A stretch of DNA of 64,000 nucleotides from Candidatus Uhrbacteria bacterium GW2011_GWE2_46_68 (GTDB lineage: Bacteria > Patescibacteriota > Patescibacteriia > UBA9934 > GWF2-40-263), in the NCBI GenBank assembly GCA_001002765.1, contig LCMS01000007.1:8170-72169 (forward strand), written 5' to 3'. This document shows positions 21,760 through 31,479 of the stretch, one piece after another. The notes beneath the pieces were generated by a model, which searched no databases, was not told where the DNA came from, and saw only the letters and a list, made by a program, of their open reading frames with translations. Position 1 is the stretch's first letter. Each line of letters opens with the position of its first letter. The translations under genes were made by a program, and so were the position numbers.

Positions 21760-22298
21760 AAAGGAAACGAGGCGAGTGTCTCATACAAACTTCCCGCAGG
21801 CGTGAGTTTGCTTTTCATCAGCTCAAAAGAGGTGACAGAAAAAGAAAGAGGCGACCATGGTATTTTTTCCGGCTGCAAAACTTCGGACTGAACTTTTACG
21901 CGCCCCAAAGTGATATGAGGAGTCCAAGGTCTTGTATCCACAGAAAGACCCATACCCACAAGGACATCAGCCAAACGTTTATAAAGCCCTAATGCTTGCG
22001 TCGGTAAAGAAGTGGAAACAAGCAAGGTGTGTGGTTGCTTTTTATGGGGAAACGCTCCGACTTCTTTCAAAGTCAAAAAAAATTCTTCCGGGTAGCTGCG
22101 CGCGGCCAACTGTTCCCTCAATATCACCTCTAAAACTCTTTTTTCTTCCACTAAAAAATGTAAGGTGACATGAAAATTTTCAGGTTCTACCCAAGAAACC
22201 TTGCTATATACCATCTGTATCCGCATCGCTTCCTTTATTTTTGACAACTCTTGTTTGACTTCGGAAGGAAGATTGATTGCTAAAAATAATCGCCACAT
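21756..22298 (-). CDS. thpR: RNA 2',3'-cyclic phosphodiesterase (2H family)
   Basis: Two HxT motifs (FHVTLHF, PHITLGR); RLFLAI start. Confidence 0.88.
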   Translation of the reverse strand: MWRLFLAINLPSEVKQELSKIKEAMRIQMVYSKVSWVEPENFHVTLHFLVEEKRVLEVILREQLAARSYPEEFFLTLKEVGAFPHKKQPHTLLVSTSLPTQALGLYKRLADVLVGMGLSVDTRPWTPHITLGRVKVQSEVLQPEKIPWSPLSFSVTSFELMKSKLTPAGSLYETLASFPL

Positions 22299-22325
22299 AA
22301 TTCTGTAAATCAGTGTACCAAATTT

Positions 22326-22366
22326 TTGACAATCGTGATCTGGCACTCTATACTTGAGAGTGCTAA
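22326..22366 (+). promoter_or_regulatory. Sigma70 promoter overlapped by a CIRCE (HrcA operator)
   Basis: TTGACA(22326)-17 nt-TATACT(22349); CTGGCACTC-N9-GAGTGCTAA at 22340-22366. Confidence 0.88.
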
Positions 22367-22381
22367 ATTCATTGTTTTTTT

Positions 22382-25015
22382 ATGATTCCAAACAATTTTA
22401 CCCACAAGGCACAAGAAGCGATCCAAAATGCCCATAACTTGGGTGTGGAAAACGGACAACAAGGTGTAGACCCCATTCATCTGCTTGCCGTTCTCGTGAG
22501 TCAAGATGACGGGGTGGTAACCGCCGTCGTCAATAAAATCACTCCACAACTGACCGATCTGCGTGCCAATATCGATAATATTCTCGAAGGCCTTCCAAAA
22601 TCCGCGCATCATACACAAGGAGGTTTGGGTCAAGTTTTTCTTTCTCCCGATGTCGTTCGTGCATTTCAACAAGCGCATAAAAAAGCAAAAGGGTTTGGAG
22701 ATGAGTTTATTTCAACCGAACATTTGCTCTTGGGTCTTCTTGTGATCAAACCAATCAACAGTCTTCTGGCTCGTTATGAAGTAACAGAGGAGACCATCAT
22801 GCAAGCGCTCAAAGATATTCGCGGCAATCAAAAAGTGGATTCTCCCGAGCCGGAATCTCGTTATCAAGCGCTTGAAAAATATAGTTTGAACTTAACTGAA
22901 ATGGCGCGTAAAGGCGAGCTTGATCCCATCGTCGGACGCGATGCGGAAATCCGGCGTGTCATGCAGGTTCTTTCCCGTCGCACAAAAAATAATCCTGTTT
23001 TGATCGGAGAAGCCGGGGTGGGAAAAACCGCCATTGTCGAAGGGCTCGCGCAGCGCATTGTCGCCGGAGATGTCCCCGAAATGCTCAAAGATAAAGAAAT
23101 CGTTTCTCTGGATTTGGGATCCATGGTTGCCGGAACAAAATATCGTGGAGAATTTGAAGATAGGCTTAAGGCAGTCATCAAAGAAATCGAGCAATCCGCA
23201 GGCAAAATGATTCTCTTTATTGATGAGCTCCATACCCTGGTGGGTGCGGGCACATCCGAGGGAAGCCCTTTGGATGCCTCTAACATGCTTAAACCATCTT
23301 TGGCGCGCGGTAAGCTCCATGCCATTGGCGCCACGACCATCAAAGAATATCAAAAACATATCGAGAAAGATCAGGCTCTCGAACGTCGCTTTCAGCCTGT
23401 CGTTGTGGAAGAACCATCAGTTGAAGATACCATCGCTATTTTGCGCGGTATTAAAGAAAAATATGAGGTACACCACGGGGTGCGCATCAGTGATCCCGCC
23501 TTGATCGCCGCCTCTGAACTTTCTCATCGTTATATCACGGATCGTTTTCTTCCCGATAAAGCCGTGGATTTGATCGATGAAGCCAGCTCGGCCTTGCGTA
23601 TGCAAATTGATTCCATGCCCGAAGAACTTGATATCATGAAACGCGATTTGATGCGCCTCGAAATCGAGCGCAAAGCTCTCGAAAGCGAAGAAGATAAACA
23701 TTCCAAAGAACGCAAAAAAGAAATTGAAGAACAAATCGCAAACCTGCGTGAAAAAACCGATGCGCTGGAAGGCAAATGGAAAAATGAAAAAGAAAAGATT
23801 ACGGCGATTCGTACCATTAAATCCGAAATTGAAAAACTCCGTGCCGAAGCTGAAATACAAGAACGCAAAGGAGACTTGGAAATGGTGGCAAAAATTCGTT
23901 ATGCGCAAATTCCGGAAGCGGAACGAAAATTAACCGACGCTACAAAATCCCTTGCACGTTTACAAAAAGAACGCGGCATTTTGAAAGAAGTGATTTCTGA
24001 AGAAGACATTGCTAACGTTGTTTCCCGCTGGGTGCATATCCCGGTTTCCAAAATGTTGGAATCCGAATTGCAAAAACTCACTCACATGGAAGAAGAGCTG
24101 CAAAAACGCGTGGTGGGTCAAAAGGAAGCCATTCTTGCTGTCAGCAACGCTCTACGTCGTTCTCGAGCCGGCATTGCTGAGGAAAATCGCCCCATAGGCT
24201 CTTTTATCTTCTTGGGTCCCACAGGGGTGGGAAAAACCGAGCTGGCACGCGCCTTAGCCGAATTCATGTTTCATGATGAATCCGCCTTGATCCGCCTCGA
24301 CATGTCCGAATATATGGAAAAACACGCTGTGTCCAAAATGATCGGATCCCCTCCCGGTTATGTGGGCTATGACGAAGGTGGGCAGTTAACCGAACTTGTG
24401 CGCCGCAAACCCTATTCGGTTCTCTTGTTTGATGAAGTGGAAAAAGCGCATCCCGATACGTTCAATATCCTGCTTCAAATCATGGATGATGGGCACTTAA
24501 CCGATGCTAAGGGCCGTAAAGTCAATTTCAAAAACACCATCATTATCATGACGAGCAATATCGCGACAGATCTCATCCAACACACGGGGCATGCCATGGG
24601 CACCATGGGATTTGTAAGCGAGGAGGGCGAGGAAGAAAAACAATCCAAAGAAATGATCATGGAACGCATGAAAGAACATTTTCGCCCAGAATTCTTGAAC
24701 CGTCTGGATGAAATCATCGTCTTTCACTCTCTCGCTGAGGATCAAATCGCGGATATTGTGGAACTGCAAATCAAGCGCGTGGCTACCCGTCTTGTAAAAC
24801 AAAGAGATATCGAGCTCATTGTCACTCCAGCCGCCAAAAAACTTCTGGCCAAGAAGGGGTATGAACCCGCTTATGGGGCTCGTCCGCTCAAACGTGTGAT
24901 CCAACATTTGATTCTCGATCCTCTCTCTTTGCAAATCGTCAGTGGAGAAGTGAAAGGAGGAGCCAAAGTAACGATCGGAGCCAAAGGAGAAGAAATCGCA
25001 ATCACAACAAAATAA
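22382..25015 (+). CDS. clpB: ATP-dependent chaperone ClpB
   Basis: Two AAA+ modules ([16 protein letters not shown]), long middle coiled coil, GARPLKR. Confidence 0.97.
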   Translation: MIPNNFTHKAQEAIQNAHNLGVENGQQGVDPIHLLAVLVSQDDGVVTAVVNKITPQLTDLRANIDNILEGLPKSAHHTQGGLGQVFLSPDVVRAFQQAHKKAKGFGDEFISTEHLLLGLLVIKPINSLLARYEVTEETIMQALKDIRGNQKVDSPEPESRYQALEKYSLNLTEMARKGELDPIVGRDAEIRRVMQVLSRRTKNNPVLIGEAGVGKTAIVEGLAQRIVAGDVPEMLKDKEIVSLDLGSMVAGTKYRGEFEDRLKAVIKEIEQSAGKMILFIDELHTLVGAGTSEGSPLDASNMLKPSLARGKLHAIGATTIKEYQKHIEKDQALERRFQPVVVEEPSVEDTIAILRGIKEKYEVHHGVRISDPALIAASELSHRYITDRFLPDKAVDLIDEASSALRMQIDSMPEELDIMKRDLMRLEIERKALESEEDKHSKERKKEIEEQIANLREKTDALEGKWKNEKEKITAIRTIKSEIEKLRAEAEIQERKGDLEMVAKIRYAQIPEAERKLTDATKSLARLQKERGILKEVISEEDIANVVSRWVHIPVSKMLESELQKLTHMEEELQKRVVGQKEAILAVSNALRRSRAGIAEENRPIGSFIFLGPTGVGKTELARALAEFMFHDESALIRLDMSEYMEKHAVSKMIGSPPGYVGYDEGGQLTELVRRKPYSVLLFDEVEKAHPDTFNILLQIMDDGHLTDAKGRKVNFKNTIIIMTSNIATDLIQHTGHAMGTMGFVSEEGEEEKQSKEMIMERMKEHFRPEFLNRLDEIIVFHSLAEDQIADIVELQIKRVATRLVKQRDIELIVTPAAKKLLAKKGYEPAYGARPLKRVIQHLILDPLSLQIVSGEVKGGAKVTIGAKGEEIAITTK

Positions 25016-25025
25016 TATTACTCAA

Positions 25026-25059
25026 GCAAAATTACCCGTCACACACGGGTGATTTTGCT
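25026..25059. terminator. Intrinsic terminator after clpB
   Basis: gcaaaattacccgt-cacac-acgggtgattttgc. Confidence 0.65.
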
Positions 25060-25114
25060 CTTCATCTCTGAGGTGAGGTACAAAAAGAAAAACCTCTCCT
25101 ATGAGAGGTTTGCG

Positions 25115-25525
25115 CTAGACAGGTTCTACACAAGTGATCCGATCGTTTTCCCCGATCACCGCAAAAAACATTAGAACGGTCAATGAGGGATAAGAGGTGG
25201 AAATCACCTCTTTTGCTTTTTGCATTTGCTCGATATGCATGGCTTTTTCTTCTTCCAAAGAAGCAAACATCCTGCTTCCACCATAGGCTCCGCAATCGGA
25301 ATGATGCATCAAATGCACTTCGGTGATTTCATGAAGTTTTACGGATAGTCCGATTTGGGTCATGACAAACCCTTGCGGATCATCCACGATATTTTTTGCC
25401 GCTCCGGCAATCGAGATCACATCAATGTCGTGCAGAAGATTTTGTGCACGTACATAATCCGTGAGTTCCGGATCCAGCCGAAAATCCATACAACGCACCA
25501 AGGCGGCTTTGCAGGTATGAGACAT
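25115..25525 (-). CDS. Putative beta-class carbonic anhydrase-like protein (copy 2)
   Basis: Near-identical to 10715..11128; CMDFR / HHSDC motifs. Confidence 0.75.
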   Translation of the reverse strand: MSHTCKAALVRCMDFRLDPELTDYVRAQNLLHDIDVISIAGAAKNIVDDPQGFVMTQIGLSVKLHEITEVHLMHHSDCGAYGGSRMFASLEEEKAMHIEQMQKAKEVISTSYPSLTVLMFFAVIGENDRITCVEPV

Positions 25526-25539
25526 AGGAGGACCTCGTT

Positions 25540-26199
25540 CTAAAAGAAGTTGCTCATTTTGGTCAAAAGCGATGGTTCATCCGCAGGGCGTGGAAACGCA
25601 GCGATCACACCTGCTTTGACAGGCTGTACTGTAAAAACAACGGGTTCTTCTCCTACAATACCAACTGGGGTTACAAAAACCGACTGGCCACCTTTGATAT
25701 GAGGCGTCATCCGAACAACCGTGATCTCGTTGCCAGACACTTTCTCGCGTTCGGCAGGTGGGGAAACAAGAAACTCAATCGTATAATCAGATGTTTCCGA
25801 TACATGATTATCTTTCAAAAACCAATCCGGCGGGATGAGCGCGCAGGTGTCCATGGAAAATTCTTCCAAAACAACATTGGCGTTCATAAACACATCCCCG
25901 TGAGCGTTATAAAGGACGATCCATCCGGAGAGAGCCGAAGGAAATTCCCAATTGGTGGTAGACTTGTGCACGCAAATCGCCACTTCGATATCTCCCGGCC
26001 TGGTTTCTTCGCTTGTGACCGGATCTGATTTGCCGCATCCGGGAAAGAGGAAGATCCCAGCTCCAATAATGATGCAGAAAAACAGACCAACGATCACCAC
26101 CCGAATCCAAATGGGAACATCGGTTTTTCCATTTTCGTCTACGAAAAAGCGAAAGCACATGGTCTCTCCTGTGTAGGGACGGGGGGTTTCCTCGCCCAT
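25540..26199 (-). CDS. Hypothetical membrane-anchored protein (possible lipoprotein)
   Basis: One TM ending LFPGC; alternative start at 26160 has GGAG upstream. Confidence 0.6.
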   Translation of the reverse strand: MGEETPRPYTGETMCFRFFVDENGKTDVPIWIRVVIVGLFFCIIIGAGIFLFPGCGKSDPVTSEETRPGDIEVAICVHKSTTNWEFPSALSGWIVLYNAHGDVFMNANVVLEEFSMDTCALIPPDWFLKDNHVSETSDYTIEFLVSPPAEREKVSGNEITVVRMTPHIKGGQSVFVTPVGIVGEEPVVFTVQPVKAGVIAAFPRPADEPSLLTKMSNFF

Positions 26200-26355
26200 G
26201 TATTTTGAATTTTGTGTAGATTGAAAAGAACAACTCACCACAAAAGTGATAGCTCACTATGTTTGAAAACCGCTATTTTGTCAATGGAAAAATACAAAAA
26301 ATCCTTCAAAAATAAGCAAAAAAGTAAAAGCTGATCCATGTTATAATAGAACCAT

Positions 26356-27768
26356 ATGCGTCAATGGATTGCTTTTTTAAGTGTTGTCTCCATTTGTACT
26401 TCTCTTACTCCCCTCCCCCTCTTTGCAGAAACCGAGGTGGATTACAATTATCTTCTCGGGGACGATGAACTCACGGATATGACGGCCATGGATTTTGAAA
26501 CCCTCGAGGCCTTCTTAACTCGCGGGTCACTTGCAGACTATGAAACCGAGGATGTAAATGGACATTGGGAATCTGCCGCTCAAGTTATTTGGGATTCTGC
26601 TCAAGCATTTGATCTCAACCCGCAATTCATCTTGACGATGTTGCAAAAAGAACAAAGTCTCATTGAGGATCCTGATCCATCACAAGATCAGCTCGCATGG
26701 GCCATGGGCTATGCGGTTTGTGACGATTGTTCCAAATCTGATCCTTTTATTCAAAAATACAAAGGCTTTGGTAATCAAATCTATTACGCATCCAAGCGCA
26801 TTCGTGAATCTTTTTTGGATGATCTGGAATCTCGCGGTTATACCGAAAACGGTCTGGGACCCGGAATCGAAATCGAAATTGATGACATCTTGGTTGTGCC
26901 TGCCAATAATGCCACCTCGATTCTCTATGCCTACACACCGCATCTTCAAGGTAATGAAAATTTTTCTTTAATCTGGGATCGTTGGTTCACTCACACCTAT
27001 CCAAGCGGTACTTTACTTCAAGACAAAGAAACCGGCGGCATCTGGTATATCCAATTTGGCCGACGTCGCGCCATCACCTCTCGATCTGCTTATCTATCCC
27101 GCTTCCCTACTCAACCGGTCATCGCGGTATCTGAATCTGTCATCAATCAATATCCCGAGGGTGATCCCATCAGTTTTCCTAACTACTCTCTCTTACGCTC
27201 TCCCCGAGGTACGGTGTATTTGATTGTGGATGATACGCGTCGAGGAATTGATTCCCAAGAGGCGTTCCGTGCTATTGGATTTAACTCGGACGAAATCATT
27301 GATGTGACATGGGACGATCTTGCTGTTTATGAAGAAGGAGAACCTATCACGATCGCTTCTGTCTCTCCCGGCGGATCTTTGATGCAAAACACGACAACCG
27401 GAGGAGTCTATTTTGTGGAAGAAGGAAAAAAATATCCGATCATGTCCAAACAAATTTTAAAAGCGCGTTTTGATGGATGGGCTATTTTTCCACAATCACC
27501 GGAGGATTTGGAAGCCTATCCCACAGGTGATTATGTCACCTTCCCCGATGGAACCTTGGTCTTAGCCGAAGGATCACCTGACGTCTTTGTGATCTCCGAA
27601 GGTAAACGCCGCCTGATTCCGGATGAATCCACTTTTTTGGCTTATGGCTGGGAGTGGCCACAAATCATCGTAACCAACGAACGCTCAGTTCTCCTCCAAT
27701 CTTTGGGAGAAGAAATACCTTCGATTTTAGATCAGTCTGAATCCACTATTTTTGATACGGCTTATTAA
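26356..27768 (+). CDS. Secreted protein with a possible lysozyme-like N-domain and four ~60-aa C-terminal repeats
   Basis: Signal peptide; LQKEQSL...AMGY...YKGFGNQ; repeats of PxG(T/S)LL...G.VY.I..G.RR.I. Confidence 0.7.
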   Translation: MRQWIAFLSVVSICTSLTPLPLFAETEVDYNYLLGDDELTDMTAMDFETLEAFLTRGSLADYETEDVNGHWESAAQVIWDSAQAFDLNPQFILTMLQKEQSLIEDPDPSQDQLAWAMGYAVCDDCSKSDPFIQKYKGFGNQIYYASKRIRESFLDDLESRGYTENGLGPGIEIEIDDILVVPANNATSILYAYTPHLQGNENFSLIWDRWFTHTYPSGTLLQDKETGGIWYIQFGRRRAITSRSAYLSRFPTQPVIAVSESVINQYPEGDPISFPNYSLLRSPRGTVYLIVDDTRRGIDSQEAFRAIGFNSDEIIDVTWDDLAVYEEGEPITIASVSPGGSLMQNTTTGGVYFVEEGKKYPIMSKQILKARFDGWAIFPQSPEDLEAYPTGDYVTFPDGTLVLAEGSPDVFVISEGKRRLIPDESTFLAYGWEWPQIIVTNERSVLLQSLGEEIPSILDQSESTIFDTAY

Positions 27769-27775
27769 GTCGCTT

Positions 27776-29149
27776 ATGTTTCCTTTTTCACACTCTTCCC
27801 GTCGCGATGGTATAGATCGATCACCTTCCGAATCCGTCGCTCATCCCTTTGCCGCCCCTGCGGAGGCAGTCCCGCCTGTGGCGGATCCCGCCGTAGGCGG
27901 GAGGGTCCGGCGTACTTCGGCAAACCTAAGCGAAGCCATCATGGATTCGGTTTCAAGTGTCCGTGATTCTCTTCACGAACGTTATCGCTCACACTTCAAT
28001 ATTCTCCGCAGGGAGATTATTGATTTTACAAAAGCTCACGACATTCCAATAGAATCTCTTGCCAAACCAGATCTCCTCCGTGAAGCTGCCGGCAAACTCT
28101 CCACCCAAGATCTTGAGCGACTTGCCAATCTTCTTGAACGCTTTGAGTACCTCATTGTCAAAAAAGAACCTGGGAAAGAAAAACTCCCCGAACATCTTCA
28201 AGAAATTGAGCGTCTTTACCATCTTGAGGATCAATACACTTCCCAAGTGACATTTCTTGAATACGTAGGGATTCTCAAAGAAGGAGCCATTATTGGGATA
28301 GATGGTCACGAGTACCCCATCCCAAAGCTTGAACAAATAGCTCTCCGTCTATTTGAACGCCGTGGCGAACTTTCCGCTAAGCACGACCAAGGTTTTACCA
28401 AACTTCTTTTGGTTCCTTTTGGAATGAACCTCGATATGCTTATCTCCACTCTCAAACAATTCCTTCTGGATTATAAAGGGTCCCATCCTGATTTTATGTT
28501 TGACACAGATGATCCCATCTCAAACATAAGAAAGCGCCTGAAAAGATCCGATACTACGGACACAGAAGCTTTTCAAAATGCAAATGGAGGAGATCATCAA
28601 GAACTTGTTTACTACCCACTGTTTTTTAATGAAAATCATCAAGGTAAAACAAAAACGAAAATCCTTGAAGATCAAAGTGTTAACCCAGCTTCCTTTCCTG
28701 GCTGGACAGTCCATTTGTTTCAACCTTCTGATCCTTCAAATCAACATTCCCTAGGCTTTGCCCCCATTCCCGAAGAAAAAGGAACAACCCAGGGAAATGA
28801 AATTCCTCGACAAGATTTGAAAACAGGAAAATACAGCTGTGAATATCTCGATATTCTTGGAAGTGCGAAACAACAAGATTCTCCTTATTGTCATGAATCC
28901 GGCCTCACCCCAGAGGACTGGATTAGTGCTTTCATGATGCATCTTCATGAAACCGGAAAACCTTTAGACGAGAATAAAAGTTGTTATCTTGTGGGAGCTT
29001 TTTTCCCTTCCCTTGGTATTCCGCGAGCTTCTTGGAGTATAGATTATATGGACGGGCGTAGTTATGGGAGTAATCGTGTATCTTTGAATATTCAATATAT
29101 TCACGGGACATCTTCTGACATAGGCTCTCGTTTTTCAGTGATTATTTAG
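27776..29149 (+). CDS. Tandem paralog 1, putative DGR-target-like protein
   Basis: Shares AIMDS.SSVRDSL, QGFTKLLLVPFGM and G.TPEDWI with the next two genes; ends IGSRFSVII. Confidence 0.75.
   Translation: MFPFSHSSRRDGIDRSPSESVAHPFAAPAEAVPPVADPAVGGRVRRTSANLSEAIMDSVSSVRDSLHERYRSHFNILRREIIDFTKAHDIPIESLAKPDLLREAAGKLSTQDLERLANLLERFEYLIVKKEPGKEKLPEHLQEIERLYHLEDQYTSQVTFLEYVGILKEGAIIGIDGHEYPIPKLEQIALRLFERRGELSAKHDQGFTKLLLVPFGMNLDMLISTLKQFLLDYKGSHPDFMFDTDDPISNIRKRLKRSDTTDTEAFQNANGGDHQELVYYPLFFNENHQGKTKTKILEDQSVNPASFPGWTVHLFQPSDPSNQHSLGFAPIPEEKGTTQGNEIPRQDLKTGKYSCEYLDILGSAKQQDSPYCHESGLTPEDWISAFMMHLHETGKPLDENKSCYLVGAFFPSLGIPRASWSIDYMDGRSYGSNRVSLNIQYIHGTSSDIGSRFSVII
27851..27910. repeat. Intragenic REP-like palindrome interrupted by a nested 33-bp double hairpin
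   Basis: cccctgcggaggcag[tcccgcctgtggcggatcccgccgtaggcggga]gggtcc, compared with the uninterrupted copy at 30676. Confidence 0.75.
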
Positions 29150-29157
29150 CTCTATTT

Positions 29158-30624
29158 ATGTCTCCTCTCCGTTCATCTTTCGAATCCACCCCATCCGTCA
29201 TCCCCACAGAGGCACATTCCTCCAATGACCGCCATCCCCGCGGAGGCGGGGATCCATCGTCTTCTGCGCTTCTTGGCGAAGCCATCATGGATTCTGTTTC
29301 AAGTGTCCGTGATTCTCTTCCCGAACGTTATCGCTCACACTTCAATATTCTCCGCAGCGAGATTATTGATTTCACAAAAGCTCACGGGATTCCAAAAGAA
29401 TCTCTTGGCAAGCCTGACCTCCTCCGCGAGGCGACCTGTAAACTTTCCACTTCAGATCTTGAACGACTTGCCAATCTTCTCGAACGCTTTGAGTATCTTG
29501 TGAAACACAAAGAACTCATGAAAGAAGACTATACTGAAGCCCTCGAGTATGTGGAGAAGTATTATCACCTCAAAAAGCAATACGATTCCCAAGTCTCCCT
29601 TCTTGAACAAGTAGGTATTCTTCATCCAAAGAAAAAATCAAAGCACATACAAAAACTTTCTACTTTTTTTCGCTCCCTTCTTCCTTATGGAAAAAAGAAA
29701 AGACCCGAAGTTTCAACTGTTCCTGAGACCCCAGAGATACTTTGTATAACTGGTATTGATGACAACGAGTATCCCATTCCCACACTTGAGCAGATTGCTT
29801 CTCGTCTCTTTGAGCGTCGTGAAACTCTAAAAACCAAACACGACCAAGGCTTTACCAAACTCCTCCTTGTTCCCTTTGGGATGAGTCTTGATAGTCTCCG
29901 AGAAACACTCAAACAATTCCTTCTTAAGTATAAGAAGGGTCATCCCTCTTTTGGTCTTGATACTGATAATCCTCTCTACACATGGTTAAACTATCAGGGA
30001 GCAGACATGGGGGATTTCCCAAACCTTGTCTATTATCCACAGTTTCTTACAAAAAAAGGTCATGGAGGGAAGACAAAAGCACAGATACTCAAAGAACAAT
30101 CCGAAGGACAATGGACCCCTGCCTTCGCAGGGGTGGCAGGAGGGAGTGGAACAAGGTTCCATGGCTGGATCGTTCATCTTCTCCAACCATCAAACCCAGA
30201 CTCACAAGACATCGAAGTTCCCATGGGCTTTGCCCTTATTCCTCGTGAAGGCCAAGAAACACCCAAAGGTGACCTCACCCCTCGTCCTTCTCTTGAAGCA
30301 GGTAAATCTCCTGATGAATATCTTTCCATTCTTCAAAAAGCTCAAGATGACAAAGGCTCTCCCTATCATGGTGAAACAGGCATGACTCCCGAAGATTGGA
30401 TCATGGCCTTTATGCTTCATCTTTCTGAAACAGGAAAACCACTGGACAACTTTGCAAATGGCATGGAGAGCATCTCTTACCTTACGGGAGCTTTTTTTCT
30501 TTCTTCCAGCCTTGTGCCAGGCGTGTATTGGAGCAGTGTTGATGATGGTCGGGCTTTTCTTGGCGGGGACGGATATTACGATCGAGCCAGCAATTTCGGC
30601 GCGCGATCTTCGGTGATCGTTTAA
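29158..30624 (+). CDS. Tandem paralog 2, putative DGR-target-like protein
   Basis: Same family; ends NFGARSSVIV. Confidence 0.78.
   Translation: MSPLRSSFESTPSVIPTEAHSSNDRHPRGGGDPSSSALLGEAIMDSVSSVRDSLPERYRSHFNILRSEIIDFTKAHGIPKESLGKPDLLREATCKLSTSDLERLANLLERFEYLVKHKELMKEDYTEALEYVEKYYHLKKQYDSQVSLLEQVGILHPKKKSKHIQKLSTFFRSLLPYGKKKRPEVSTVPETPEILCITGIDDNEYPIPTLEQIASRLFERRETLKTKHDQGFTKLLLVPFGMSLDSLRETLKQFLLKYKKGHPSFGLDTDNPLYTWLNYQGADMGDFPNLVYYPQFLTKKGHGGKTKAQILKEQSEGQWTPAFAGVAGGSGTRFHGWIVHLLQPSNPDSQDIEVPMGFALIPREGQETPKGDLTPRPSLEAGKSPDEYLSILQKAQDDKGSPYHGETGMTPEDWIMAFMLHLSETGKPLDNFANGMESISYLTGAFFLSSSLVPGVYWSSVDDGRAFLGGDGYYDRASNFGARSSVIV
29231..29258. repeat. Intragenic REP-like palindrome
   Basis: gccatccccgc-ggag-gcggggatcca; partial copy at 29197. 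Confidence 0.75.
30112..30138. repeat. Intragenic REP-like palindrome (encodes WTPAFAGV)
   Basis: tggacccctgc-cttc-gcaggggtggca. Confidence 0.75.
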
Positions 30625-30675
30625 TCTTTGATGTCTATGTCTCTTTTTCGACCAACTTTTGAATCCTCTCCCTCC

Positions 30676-30702
30676 GACACCCCTGCGGAGGCAGGGGTCC
30701 AG
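30676..30702. repeat. Intragenic REP-like palindrome (encodes TPAEAGVQ)
   Basis: gacacccctgc-ggag-gcaggggtccag. Confidence 0.75.
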
Positions 30703-31452
30703 CGTACTTCGGCAAACTTCCACGAAGCCATCATGGATTCGATTTCAAGTGTTCGCGATTCTCTTCCCAAACAACACCGCGCGCACTTTGAAACTCTGCG
30801 TCAAGAGATCATCATTTTTACCGAGGTTCACGGGATTCCAAAAGAATCTCTTGGCAAGCCCGACCTCCTGCGCGAGGTGACCGGCAAACTCTCCACTTCA
30901 GATCTTGAGCGACTTGCCAATCTTCTCGAACGTTTTGAATATCTGCTTAAGAATGGGGAACCAAAGAAAGAAGAGATAGACCTTGTCAAAGCCATTGAGT
31001 ATGCAAAGGAGCATTATCATCTTCGTGAGCAATACGATTCTCAAGTAGAGCTTCTTGAGGAAGTGGGCATCCTTAAAGAAGGAGTCATCCTAGGCATAGA
31101 CGGTAACACCTATCCCATTCCCACCTTGGAACAAATAGCCGTCCGTCTTTTTGAACGACGTGAGACTCTCGAGACTAAACACAACCAAGGCTTTACCAAA
31201 CTCCTCCTCGTTCCCTTTGGCATGAGTCTTGATAGTCTCCAAGAAACACTCGAACAATTTCTTCTCGAGTACAAGAAGAATAATCCCTCCTTTAATCTAA
31301 ATATGGATGATCCTCTCTGCACATGGTCAGTATATCAAAGAGCAGACATCGGAGATTCCCCCAAGCTTGTCTATGAGCCACAGTCTTTTACAGAAGAAGG
31401 TCATGGGGGGAAGACAAAAGCACAGATACTCGAAGAACAATCCGAAGGACGA

Positions 31453-31479
31453 TGGACCCCTGCCTTTGCAGGGGTGAAA
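31453..31479. repeat. Intragenic REP-like palindrome (encodes WTPAFAGV)
   Basis: tggacccctgc-cttt-gcaggggtgaaa. Confidence 0.7.

Noticed and set aside
30032-30040. Perfect DnaA box TTATCCACA
   Set aside because: It is a single copy inside a CDS, with no box cluster or dnaA nearby, so it is not evidence for oriC.
27851-31479. Recurrent palindromes considered as a CRISPR array
   Set aside because: Spacing is irregular at 0.5-1.4 kb, orientation alternates, the copies are intragenic and no cas genes are present.
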